A stretch of DNA of 62,408 nucleotides, counting the filler, from Sluysia triapertura (Eukaryota), in NCBI GenBank assembly GCA_046118255.1. It is 5 parts of 5 records of this genome, joined end to end, with 100 filler letters (N's around TTAATTAATTAA, not from the genome) between each part and the next. Parts side by side here need not be neighbours in the genome. Positions count along the whole stretch, not along the records: positions 11,747 to 28,136 come from JBJNIA010205260.1; 4 more parts are not named here. The stretch is one strand, 5' to 3'. Both the position numbers and the translations under genes were made by a program. The notes under the pieces are model-generated. The model searched no databases. It was not told the origin of the DNA and saw only the letters and a list, made by a program, of their open reading frames with translations. Position 1 is the stretch's first letter; each line of letters starts with the position of its first letter. Shown here in pieces: positions 13,209-24,623 of the stretch.

Positions 13209-13493
13209 ATATTTCGATGTTTAATAAATCATTCTAAAGACTATACTGAAAAATTGTACAATAGTGGTGTTATTAAAGATTTGAATCAAATATTAAAATG
13301 GATTACAGCAGAAATAGATGATAATTTGTTAACACAAGAAATTCGTGAAGTAGAAAGTGAAGAAGATATTGAAAATCGTGAAAAATTGTTGAATAAAATA
13401 GCAGAAGAACGTGCCAAGAAAACTATGAAACAAGAATGGAATGACATTGATTTGATAATAAACATTGTGCACTTTTTTGGTGATTTTGTACAA
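13209..13493 (+). CDS. ANKAR: ANKAR (ankyrin and armadillo repeat protein), exon
   Basis: CAG|ATA...CAA|GTATGT, phase 0-0, 95 aa (IFRCLINHSKDYTEKLYNSGVIKDLNQILKW...DLIINIVHFFGDFVQ). ARM-like, in phase with the downstream ANKAR exons. Confidence 0.7.
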
Positions 13494-14281
13494 GTATGTT
13501 ATATTTTTCAAAAACAATTTAAATTATCGTCAATAAATACACAAATTGTTCGGAATTGGTTATGCATTAATTATTAATTTCTACAATTCATATTTTCAAT
13601 TTTTATTTTTAATTTTATTTTTAGAAGTTTTAGAATATTTCCTTTATATTATTATTACATCATATTCAAAACAAAAAGTATATGCATTCTATTCCAATCT
13701 TCTTTGCAGATGGTACAAAGCTTTTAATTTCTGTGCTTATTCCATTAGTGTAATATTCAATAAGGTTTTACAAAAACGAATTTGTAAACTTTTATATGTA
13801 ACAAATACACACACACACACATACATACATATACAGAGTACACAGTCGCTAATTTCTGCAAAAAGTGGAAGTTTAGAATATAAGGAAGACAAAAATAGCA
13901 AAGAAACAATTTTTAAGTCTCTTCATATAAACATTACACAACAAAATTTTATTACTTAAGTCCAAATTTCGAATCAAATTACGTATGAATTGGTAGAACT
14001 TGATTACTGCATAAAACTTTTTTTACAAAACTAATGGTCTAAAACAAGTTTTAATTTGTCTATTTTAATCTTATATTTTATTTTTGCCATTAAGTCAGCA
14101 TGTATCCTTTTAAAAAAGTGTCATAATGAAAGAATACAGTGTTTCAATATGGCGTTTTAAGGTACCAAGTGTAATTATGTATGTTATTTATTTAGGGGCA
14201 TGTTTTACCATCAATGTCAATGTTTTTAAGAATTTTTTAAATATCTAAAAACGTTTATTATATCTTTCATTTGTTATTTAG

Positions 14282-14305
14282 AAACATGATGAACTTGATG
14301 AAACG
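14282..14305 (+). CDS. ANKAR: ANKAR candidate 24-nt micro-exon (KHDELDET)
   Basis: TTATTTAG|AAACATGATGAACTTGATGAAACG|GTATGG; phase 0-0, no stop. Confidence 0.55.
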
Positions 14306-15064
14306 GTATGGTTTTATTTTGATAATATCATTGTAATAATATTAAGTTTAATAATGCAATCATTAAAAACATTTATTTAAACCAAATTTTCTATGAAAAC
14401 AATGAAAAAATTCTTTCATTTTACTTTAATACTAAAATTCAATTCTGAATATATTTAATTTTGAACATTATTTTATATGGGCAATAATTGTAGACTGTTT
14501 TAGTCGAAAAAACGCTAAAGAAATATTCGAAATCTGTATGAAAATTATGTACTGTCGTATACAAAACTGAAAGCATTTCATTTCTTCATTTATCTTGATA
14601 TTTACCTAGGAATTTTCAACAACAAATTTTGCATTTTATCTTGCAGCAGTCTAAGTTTCTTAATTCATTTTTATTTCCAAATCATATCATTCATTTGACT
14701 AGCATTATAGATATTATAATTATCCTTCTAGAATTGCTTCAGAGTCACACCGGTTGCATCAAAACATTTTTGGAATATGTGCTTCGTATACAACTTAACG
14801 TTCGATATGACTTAGTGGTCCTTGAGTTGCAAAGAAGAGATCGTATTTTTCAGAAACATATTATACTTTATGTAATGTAGATAATATGTAAAAATATATG
14901 TAAGGAAATTTCGTACAATGTTAAAGTAAAATTAAAATGCTAAATTGAATATTTAGTAATGTTTAATAGAACTAAGTAATGCTTAAAAATCCACTTATTT
15001 ACTGATACATTATTCAAAACTATCGTATAAAATGAATTTGCATCTAACTATGAACTGTTTTTAA

Positions 15065-15610
15065 CACTAAACGCGCCACGACCGGTCAAATGAAATTGTA
15101 TTGTTTTTTACCATCTTACAATATGACTAGCTGTACCCGTTCACGCCTTGCTATGTTAAAAATCTGAACAAAAAGGCAGTTTTGATACATCAAACATAAT
15201 TTATTAATGATGAAATGTATGTGAAAATGAAAATTAACAATAAAATTATCCCTACAAATGTGTCATTTGAATAAAACGTATGTACAAAACATAGATATTC
15301 ATGGTTACCATGGTTATATTTTAAACAAAATATTACTAATTAAATGTTATTTTGATATTTTTGGAATATTTATTCAGAATATAACATATGTACAAAACAT
15401 AGATATCATGGCTACCATGGTTGCACATAGAACCCCAACTCTGATTTAAAAAATTTTCATGAACCTCCCGGAAATATACGGAAATTGGATGTATGATTAT
15501 TGAATCTATCGAGTACAGACAGAAAATATAATTTTATAAATATAATTTTATATATGGGTACGGGCCAAATGACCGGTGATGGTATGAATCAAATCTTGGT
15601 ATGTGTAGTG
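15065..15610. mobile_element. piggyBac-type MITE (TTAA target site)
   Basis: TTAA-CACTA...TAGTG-TTAA, with subterminal GACCGGTCAAATGA at the left and CAAATGACCGGT at the right. Confidence 0.6.
15126..15544 (+). mobile_element. Non-autonomous Helitron-like element nested in the MITE
   Basis: 5' ACTAGCTGTACCCGTTCACGCCTTGCT; 3' ACAGACAG followed by a TTTTATAAATATA tail; internal ~40-bp direct repeat TATGTACAAAACATAGATA(T)TCATGG(T/C)TACCATGGTT. Confidence 0.5.
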
Positions 15611-15904
15611 TTAAAGATCAATTTTTGAATCAAATGTTTTTATTCAAACTATATATTTATTATTCAAAATATAATCCATCATGCTATAAGCAGTTCTGTC
15701 AACGACAGTGTAATTCTGTAATACCATTTAGTTATTAGTTTTTGATTTTGGAAGCAAACAATCATTTTTTATGTTGCTATTCCAGAGTGGTGTTATATAA
15801 TAAATGACTCATTGATAATAGCGATAAATTATCACAACTTCAGAATTATAACTAATCAAAATATCTTCTATAGTTTTTTTTAATTACTGAAAATTATTAT
15901 TTAG

Positions 15905-15931
15905 AAAGACCAAGAAAAACTCGACGAACCA
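15905..15931 (+). CDS. ANKAR: ANKAR candidate 27-nt micro-exon (KDQEKLDEP)
   Basis: TTATTTAG|AAAGACCAAGAAAAACTCGACGAACCA|GTATGT; phase 0-0, no stop. Confidence 0.55.
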
Positions 15932-16508
15932 GTATGTTTTATTTGCATTATTTCTATGATAATATATTTTCCTTTTAATCATCATTTTTGTTTGCAATTC
16001 ATAATGAAATATCAAAGTAAAAATTTTTCCTGTTTAAATTAATTATTATAAAATTATTATAAAATAATAATTATTTAAATTCATTATAATATTTCTGAAA
16101 TAGACTTAACTTTGTCAACCTTTTAAATACTTCTTTTTAATCTTTAACAATTGGACCATTCTTTTTTGGTGTTATGATGTTGATTATTGTAGAATATTTA
16201 TTTAGGAGTATTGTGACTATTATTATGGAAAACTTATTTAAATTTATTGTGCTTGATTTATTTATGTTTATGACTGTTAAATATTTATTTGGTGTTTATT
16301 TAACCATAAAGTTTATTGCATGATCATTGCATATTCTGCATAAATTGATATATTTTAAAGATATAACATAATAAATGAAATATAAATAGAATAAACGTTT
16401 AGAAATAAGATATAACATTATAGGGACATTAATAATTAATGTATTTCATAAAATAAAAATATTAAGACAAAGAAATACATTAATTTAATTCATATTTAAT
16501 AATTTTAG

Positions 16509-16712
16509 ATTGATGAATTTTATCAAAATGTTATTGGCCAAGAACCGAATTGTTTAGAACGAATTAAAAATCTTCTTTTAATACGTGACAAATCATTAAT
16601 TACTGCATTACTAAATACAATCAGAAAAATCACTACAAAAAATAAATCAAATCAGAATTTGTTCATGGAAATTAATGTAGATGATTTTATTGTACCATTT
16701 ATTCAAGATAAA
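16509..16712 (+). CDS. ANKAR: ANKAR exon (ARM repeat)
   Basis: AG/GT bounded, 68 aa IDEFYQNVIGQEPNCLERIKNLLLIRDKSLITALLNTIRKITTKNKSNQ...; not in the ORF track. Confidence 0.85.
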
Positions 16713-17499
16713 GTTTGTGATTTTATTAGAATTTATCCTTTAAAATTAAATTATTTCAATTTTATACAAATTTTGTCTACTTTCAAATAATAGTAAATAA
16801 TGTACTATAAAATGTACTTATTTAAAACATAATCCACTTTAACTGTATATGTTAATGTTTTTTATTAAATTACAATTACATAATCTGAGTAATATCTTAT
16901 GTGTTTGATAAAATAATAATAATCATTATTATAACATTAGTAATAATAATGTTTCACAGTATTTGTGGGGCTTTACGCTTTACTTAATTAACAAAAATAT
17001 CCGAGGAACACAAAAACATGTAATGTTATTAAAATAGAAATGAAAAAGAAACATGCAAGACGGATATAAATAAAGAAATCAAATAATAAGTTATATTTTT
17101 GAGTTCTATGGCTATCTTGTGTTAATTCCAAAACATTAAAAGTATATGTCACTTATCATTGGCTTTTAATTTTTAACCAATAGAAAATAATCTAGAATAT
17201 TCAATTGCAGAATATTATGTAAACAAGAAATATTTCGATATATCATTTAGATTTATTACAAAAAACTATAAATTGAACCATTTATAGTTTATCTTCAACG
17301 GCCATCGGTGTCTACGGAATTATTGTTCTATTTCATCCAAAGTAGACAGAACAGTTGTTGTAGAAGCTAATAACATATTTGATTTAGATTTTTAAATATT
17401 TTCTGATTGACTGTCCATAAAATAAAATTGTTGTACTAAATCTATCTTTTACGTACACAAACAAACCAAACCGATCATGTTAAATTTATTTTATTGTAG

Positions 17500-17751
17500 G
17501 ATATTGAATTACAAATGCAAGCAGTAGAAGCGATGAATCGATTATGTAAGTCAAATGAAAAATATTGTACCAAATTATTAGAAAAAGAAGCTCATTTACC
17601 AATTTTAATGATATTGAAACGAGCCGGTCGTCAAATATTAGTCAATGAAAGATGTTCAGATGCTTTGTGGGCATTGGCTGGACTTTCTCGAATCAAAAAG
17701 GCTGAAATGGCCAATTATATCGGAATGGAAAAATTGATTGATTTTTTAAAG
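17500..17751 (+). CDS. ANKAR: ANKAR exon (ARM repeats)
   Basis: DIELQMQAVEAM...DALWALAGLSRIKKAEMANYIG...LIDFLK matches the ANKAR ALWALAG..QQKYMAEQIG segment. Confidence 0.88.
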
Positions 17752-18350
17752 GTTACTGATAATAAATTTACGGATACTATATTTACTATTATTATTGTTG
17801 TTTATTGTTGTTTATATTTTTGTAATGTTAAAAGTAATTTGTTTTATTTATTCATAAGTACAAATATATTATTTATTTGCTGTGAGAAATATCGCACTTT
17901 TATGTGTACAGCTCACCCATCTCGTTATATCTATATATGCTTGCTATAGTAGCGGTAAATTCAATTCAGTTTGGTTATCCCTTTATTTCTGTCAAGTGCA
18001 AATGAAATTCAATGAAACAAAGTGTTATATAGTTAAGTACACGTTAAGTATACGTATATTTAAGTAATGCACGCTATCAAAAAGTGTTGATTGTTTGAAA
18101 TATTTAATTTGATAACACATTTTTGTTCATTAGGAATATTTCGACAAAGTATTGCTTGACAAGCAAGATTTTATCTTCTGATCCGTCTTAATTCATCTAC
18201 AAATTGGCGATGTACTTCTTTACAGCATTTTTGAAACACTAAGTTAAATCTTCCAACTAAATATATACAAAAAAGAAACATAAAGAAATATTATTATTAT
18301 TATTACTATTATTATTATTATTACTATTATTATTATTACTATCAACTTAG

Positions 18351-18678
18351 ACACCATCAGAAACATTGCAGTTGATTGGATCAGAAGGTATTTGTGTTGT
18401 GAGTGCAGGTCCAACAAGCCAGCGCGATTCCATTGGTCGATTACATGGTATAGCGCCATTGGTGAATTTGTTGGGCTCAAAGCATCAAGAGATCGTTCTT
18501 AGTTGCATTAGAAGTTTACGACAAGTATGTATAAAAACGGGATACTTGCCTCACATTCGCAATCAGCAACTGGTAATTGTTACTGGAGGATTACAAATTT
18601 TGGTTGGACTGATGAGATTTGGTATCAACGAACTTGTACAAATGGAATCCGCATATACAACAGCATGTGTCACTATGA
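18351..18678 (+). CDS. ANKAR: ANKAR exon (ARM repeats)
   Basis: TPSETLQLIGSEG...GIAPLVNLLG...QMESAYTTACVTM; AG at 18349-50, GT at 18679. Confidence 0.9.
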
Positions 18679-19125
18679 GTATGTCGTCTTTAGTCAACAA
18701 TTTCTATCATTAGAAAAAATATAACGATTTAATTCAGTACAAAAAGTAGAAAATTGTTTAATTTAATATTAAATTATCTACTGGAAAAGATAACTTTTCA
18801 CAAATGATAAGCAGTTGATTCATTTTATGATTATAAATCGCTAGCACAAATCAAACATTCAGAATGATATTGATTATTAATTATTTACATCGAAATCCAA
18901 AATTTCGAAAGTCATTAAGCCTTTCTTTTTTCTTTTTATGAAGTATTTATATCTATTATTTATAAAGATATACAAAAATATGATGATTTAAGAATAAATT
19001 TTACCTACTTACTATTTATTTTTTTCGTATTTTTCTAATAAAAATAACATTGATAAATGATTATATATTTCTTATATTTGTCAGTAAATAATGTTTTATA
19101 ATTTAAATAATTACAATTTTTTTAG

Positions 19126-19370
19126 GAAATCCAGAAGCTATGGTTAAGCTGCATGCTAATCCAAAATTTAATTATATTTACATTCTGGAAAAAATGTACA
19201 GTTATGATACACAAGTTCGTTTATTGGCTGGTGCTGCTTTAGCTGCATTTGCATATAATAACATTGTGGAACAACGTCAAATTGCTATGTGTGGTGGTGT
19301 AAGATATGGTTATTTGACACCGTTTTTAAAAATTGACAATGAATATGAAAGATGTATGAGTGCTTTTCAG
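19126..19370 (+). CDS. ANKAR: ANKAR exon
   Basis: NPEAMVKLHANPKFNY...LLAGAALAAFAYNN...CMSAFQ matches ANKAR AGYALTLFAFNN...AAFQ. Confidence 0.92.
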
Positions 19371-19443
19371 GTATATTTTTAAAATTTTTTTATTTATTTA
19401 CTATTGTAAGTAAAACAAATAATTCAAAAAATTAATATTCTAG

Positions 19444-19611
19444 TTAGTTGTATTGGCTAGAGTAATTCCTGATGAAGAATTAGCTGTTTCGACAGCATGT
19501 GGTCTTCGTACTTTAGTCGACACATTGAAGAAGACTACCAATCCTGATGTACAAGAATTAGAATGTGACTGTATTGCAAGATTATGTCATACGCGTGCTG
19601 GAATTGCGTCG
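19444..19611 (+). CDS. ANKAR: ANKAR exon
   Basis: LVVLARVIPDEE...IARLCHTRAGIAS matches IVVLAKVI...LAHSRAGI. Preceded by a 73-nt intron and followed by (ATT)n. Confidence 0.92.
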
Positions 19612-19678
<67 letters not shown>

Positions 19679-20335
19679 AACAAATGATAACAAAATTGAA
19701 AATTGTATTTATTGGATCTGGACTAATTAGTGACCCAAAACTTAACTATTTGTTGTTTTAAATATATTAAAAATAAATAGAATAACTTTATATATTAATG
19801 TTGTACAATAGTAATAAATGAATTTCTGTCTATGATATTTTCTGTGAATAAGTATTAAACATGCTTAACAGACGTCATACTTATTTCTGAAACAGAAATG
19901 TTTTGTCTTTTTTGAGTACTCAAAATCTTTCAGTGATTTGTTGTTTTCAGATGTTGAAACATAAGTAGTGTATATACTAACACTTTACATTGCCGTTTAA
20001 TTCGTATAAATTATATCTCAAAATCATGAATTTCGGTTTTCGTTATTTGCATAATTTCCAAGAGATATTCACTATTTCAATAATGTAAGCATTCTTATAA
20101 TTATAATGATTTTAAATTCAAAAGAATAAAATTTAATAAATAAATTATAATCTAAAAGAAAAGTTGACTGATCGATTATTAGTGGATGTACTAATAGAGT
20201 ATGTATCTAAGTTAAAATATATTCAAATTAGACATTAAATTACTTTCAAAGTAACAAACACTAAACTGAATTTAATTTTTAAGAAATATGTATAATTACA
20301 ATAGTAAATAGATAATTATTACTTTTATTTATCAG

Positions 20336-20472
20336 GGCTTAATGGAACTTGGTATAGTGGATATATTGTGTAATTTAATGTTAAATCATTGGGATTCAGT
20401 AAGAGGTTCTGCTGCCATAGCGATACAATATTTATCTCATTATCCGGCTACTAGAAGACAAATTTTAAAAAA
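20336..20472 (+). CDS. ANKAR: ANKAR exon
   Basis: GLMELGIVDILCNLMLNHWDSVRGSAAIAIQYLSHYPATRRQILK; canonical splice sites. Confidence 0.88.
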
Positions 20473-20549
20473 GTAAACAGTTTTATTAATAATAATTATA
20501 TATAATCAATAATAATAGTAATAAAGATTTTCGTTATTATACGTATAAT

Positions 20550-21050
20550 TCACAGTCTGAGGCGTTATTTTTTGATTTTATGTATGCTAGGTGATTCGTG
20601 TTTTTCAACAAAACTTATGAAACAAATGTTGCTTCATTGAAAAGGAAAACATTTTCTTCGCTATATTCCTCAACTAATTTATTAACTGTTGATTGAAAGT
20701 TTTCTGAACTTTATTTATTTGCTGATCAGGATTCGACTCGAAAAGTTTTGAATTTGAAGTCAAATTGTTTTTTGAATTTGTGAAGCCAGCATTTTGAAGC
20801 GACAAAGTCTGTTGGAATGCTTAAGCTTCATAAGTTGGCCCATTGATTGGGAAACCCTTGGTAAACATTTATATTCAATTGGTATTCCATTATCGTGTTT
20901 GATGTGGAGCAAGATTGTGTTAAGACTTTCTTTCTTTTCAATTTCAGACTTCATTTAGAAATCAGACACTTCTCACATATTTGTATCGTTATATGGACCA
21001 ACCTTAATGTCCTTGTGTATTCTGATCTTTGGATTTTACCATATTCGTTA
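20550..21050 (-). mobile_element. Decayed pogo/Tigger (CENP-B-like) transposase fragment in an ANKAR intron
   Basis: NGIPI...FVASKCWLHKFKKQF...ES.SAN...LVEEYSEENVFLFNEA, i.e. FxASxGWLxxFK and the NxDETG region, with frameshifts. Confidence 0.65.
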
Positions 21051-21417
21051 ACTCTTCTAAAAATTTGTAAAATAAATTGATAAATTAGAGTCAAAAAGCT
21101 TTTATAAAATTGAATTTTATTTGAATTATTTATCACAAACAAAATGGTTTTTCTTAAATACTTTTCGAAAGTTGTTAAACAATTAGTTTATTAAAACAAA
21201 ATTTGGCAATTAGGAACAAATCTTTATTAATTTTTTTTCAGTTGTAAATATTCATTCAAAAAGTCTCCCAATCATCCAAAAAATAGGTTTTCCCCAAATG
21301 GGGTTCGTACTGAAATAAGTTTCACAATTATTGCAAAGTATCTAGGACGCATATCATTTACTCGCCAATTGTATGTACTCCGTAATAAGCAAACAATAAT
21401 TAATAAAATAATTTTAG

Positions 21418-21537
21418 ATTTAGACGAGATCCATATTTTATGAAAGTTGTGAAATTTTACAATTCTCCGGAATCTATAGATCCTGAGTTTGTAGAAGAAT
21501 GGAAGCATTACAAACGAATCGGTCTGCCTAAAATGAA
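21418..21537 (+). CDS. ANKAR: ANKAR exon
   Basis: FRRDPYFMKVVKFYNSPESIDPEFVEEWKHYKRIGLPKM matches ANKAR INPAFLKEF..VGLPSL; phase 2-2. Confidence 0.85.
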
Positions 21538-21882
21538 GTAAGTTTTGTTATTTATAATTTACATTTTGATTCCTAATTCAAATAATATATTGATGCTTAA
21601 CATATGTGCTCTTTCTTGTCAATATGTGCCGGATATTTAAAACCCAAACCAAATATTAAATACAAACTGAAATCGGCTATCCATTTAATTTTTTTGATTA
21701 GCACGAATGCTATTTCCAAATAATAACGATATTCATTGTTTACAGTGGATTCTTTTTCAGACATTATTATTAAGGGTTAAGCATTGATAATATTATTGAA
21801 AAGGCAAAATTCGAAATAAATTCGAATAGATTTGACTAAACACAATTTAATCTGAATTTGATTAACATACTTATATTTATAG

Positions 21883-22010
21883 CAATAAAGATCGGCCACC
21901 ATTGTCTACTAGAGTTGATCCTCCTGATGCGTTTCATCATTTTCGTACTCAACAACAATCATTACTTGGTGGAAATAATCAGACCACACGAGCTCGAAAT
22001 AATACCGAAG
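21883..22010 (+). CDS. ANKAR: ANKAR C-terminal tail exon (further exon expected)
   Basis: TATAG|C..GAAG|GTGAGT; open frame NKDRPPLSTRVDPPDAFHHFRTQQQ.. in phase with the previous exon. Confidence 0.75.
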
Positions 22011-22510
22011 GTGAGTTGTTACAATTATTACAACTATTATTATTATTAATTATTATTATTTTAAAATTATTTTCCTGATGTGTAATTGATGATTTAGTTG
22101 AATTTTTTTATTAAATTAATTTAATTTAAGTTAATTAAGTTAATTTAAGTTGAATAATTCATAAATAACAATATCGAGTTTAATTGAAGTGGTTTATGTA
22201 AGAAATAAAATGGTAAGACATTAATAGTTGATCTTTTCATACAAAAGTATCTATTATGAGACCGAGTCATGCGTTAATAAATTTAGTTTATTAAAATAAA
22301 TTTATAATGTTTATGGAGTTATTTGGAGCAGTTTTTTATTTTCGTCTTAAATAATTTTTCATTCAACTCTTTAATTCAATCATTTAAAATACATACAAGC
22401 GACACTTAGAAATTACCTTCATCCAACCACAATATTTACAAACAACTTCGCAAATTATGTACCTCAATCACTTATTCATAATTATAAATTAATTTCAAGT
22501 TTCAATTATA

Positions 22511-24623
22511 CAGTAAACTCCTCTATAACACGGTAGATTGGTTTCGCGTCATAGGAAAACGCGTTGTAGGAGTATTCTCGTATGAACCCCGTCACAACGT
22601 GTTGTGTACAAATGATTCATGTTTAACTTTTCTTGTTAAAGGAGGTTTAAATCGAATATTAAGGAAAAACTATGTTACGAACGAAATGTGTTCGTTTTAT
22701 TAAAATCTGGGCCATCTGAAATAACGATCCACCAACATCCATTTGAATTTTTGTTATATTACTTAAGAGCATTCGTTCTGTATTAATTAAAATTTCACTA
22801 TCTAATGATTCTTCATTTTCTATTTTATGTTTTTTCTTCATTTTTATATATGGTGCAAGATAGTATTGAAAATGTGTTTTAAATTCAATAGATCGTTCAA
22901 CTGAAGAATCACAATTCGTAATAAGTATTTTTCAATTGTTTGCTCAGTTTTACTATTTTATTCAAGTTTTCTATACATAAATTTTCGTCAATAATCTGCA
23001 CTAAGCTTTCTTCAGTACTATTTATAATATATGCGTCAGATGTATCAGCTAATTGTACAAGCTCTTCCTCAACTAAATCTTCAGCGTCATTTATTAATTC
23101 ATAAATATATCCTTCGTTCATGTCATCAAATCCTTCTTGCAATATTTACTATAGGTTCGATATTTATACTTGTAGAACCTAAAAAGTTTTCTTGCAAATA
23201 TTTTTCCAACAGGAGTTTAATGTCGAAGATAGAAATATTAACTGCACACATTTTAACATTGAGAAATCTTTCCACATCTTAGGTAATTTCATATCTGGAT
23301 TGCATTCAAATTTTACCAATATAAGTTCAAGTGTTCTACGTATATAATAAGATTTAAGTGTTTTCATAATACCCTGGTCAAGTGGTTGTAGAATTTGTGT
23401 TGTATTGGATGGTAAAAAAAGTACTTTTACGTTTGGATGAACTAGGTCTACTGGATGTCCCGGAGCATTGCCTATCAGGAGTAAAGTCTGGAAAATGATA
23501 TTTTTAGTTTTCGAGTAATTTTCGACCTCTGGTACAAAATAGTTGCAAAATCAATCGTGAAATATTGCAGCTGTGACTCATTTTTTTGTTTGATCTCCAG
23601 TAAACGGGACGTGTAGTCTTGTCAATACCTTTCATTGCCCGTGGGTTAAAGAAACGATTGATTAATATTGGCTTTGTTAGATGGTCGGCAGATGCATTAC
23701 TACAAACAAGCAAGGTTATCCTCTCCTTAGGTGCCTTAAACCCACCAGAAGATCTCTCGTTTTTCGATAAACACGTTCGCTTAAGCATTTTCTTTCAATA
23801 TAAGCCAGTTTCGTCGGCATTATAAACTTAGTCAGCTGCATATCCACCTTCATCAATTATCTTCGGAAGTTCTTTAAGTTTCCGAGCACTTTCATAATCA
23901 GCTGAGGCGTGCTCTCCTTGAATTTGAATATTATGTAAGGAAAACCTTTTTCGAAACGTTTCAAACGTTACTAATAACAAATTTTGATTTTGGCTCGTCG
24001 AAAGAAACAATTTCGAATTCCTTTAAATGAGTAAAAATTCTTTGGACTTTTGCTTCCATTAAACAACTATTTATAGGAATATTATTTTGATTGCAATCTT
24101 CTATCCAAATCATCAAACATTTTTCTGTTTTTGGTACTAACGAATCTTTTACACGTAAAGATTTATTTGACGTCCGCAACGATCTAGACATTACTCCTAA
24201 TTTTACTTTCATTTTGTTTAATTGTTCGTGTTGTTGACTCGTTTAGCTCCAGGTCCTTTGCTATTACTGTTGCTATCTTACCATTATTACGTTGATCCAA
24301 AATATCAATTTTTGTTGTAGAGAAATAAGTTTCCTTTTTCACTTGTCATGGCTGAGAAATAAATATTTTATTTAAAATAAAATTATAAAAATAAAATTTA
24401 TACATCTTTTTGTACATACATATGTGTATAATCAATGTTTATACAATTCGAAAACTATGAACACAAATTTAATAAAATAATTTAATTTAATTTCATAACA
24501 CAATTGACACAATATGCACAGGTGCCTGCGTTATATGGGGGAACACACACGTTATACGAGGGACATGAAATCGCGTAATATGAAAACGCGTTATAAGAGT
24601 ACCGTGTTATATGGGGATTACTG
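22511..24623 (-). mobile_element. Full-length but decayed pogo/Tigger DNA transposon
   Basis: TA target sites; TIRs CAGTAAACTCCTCTATAACACGGTA and CAGTAATCCCCATATAACACGGTA. Frameshifted CENP-B HTH plus DDE transposase (LMIWIED, GEHASAD, ADETGL, KERITLLVCSNAS, QPLDQGI). Confidence 0.93.
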
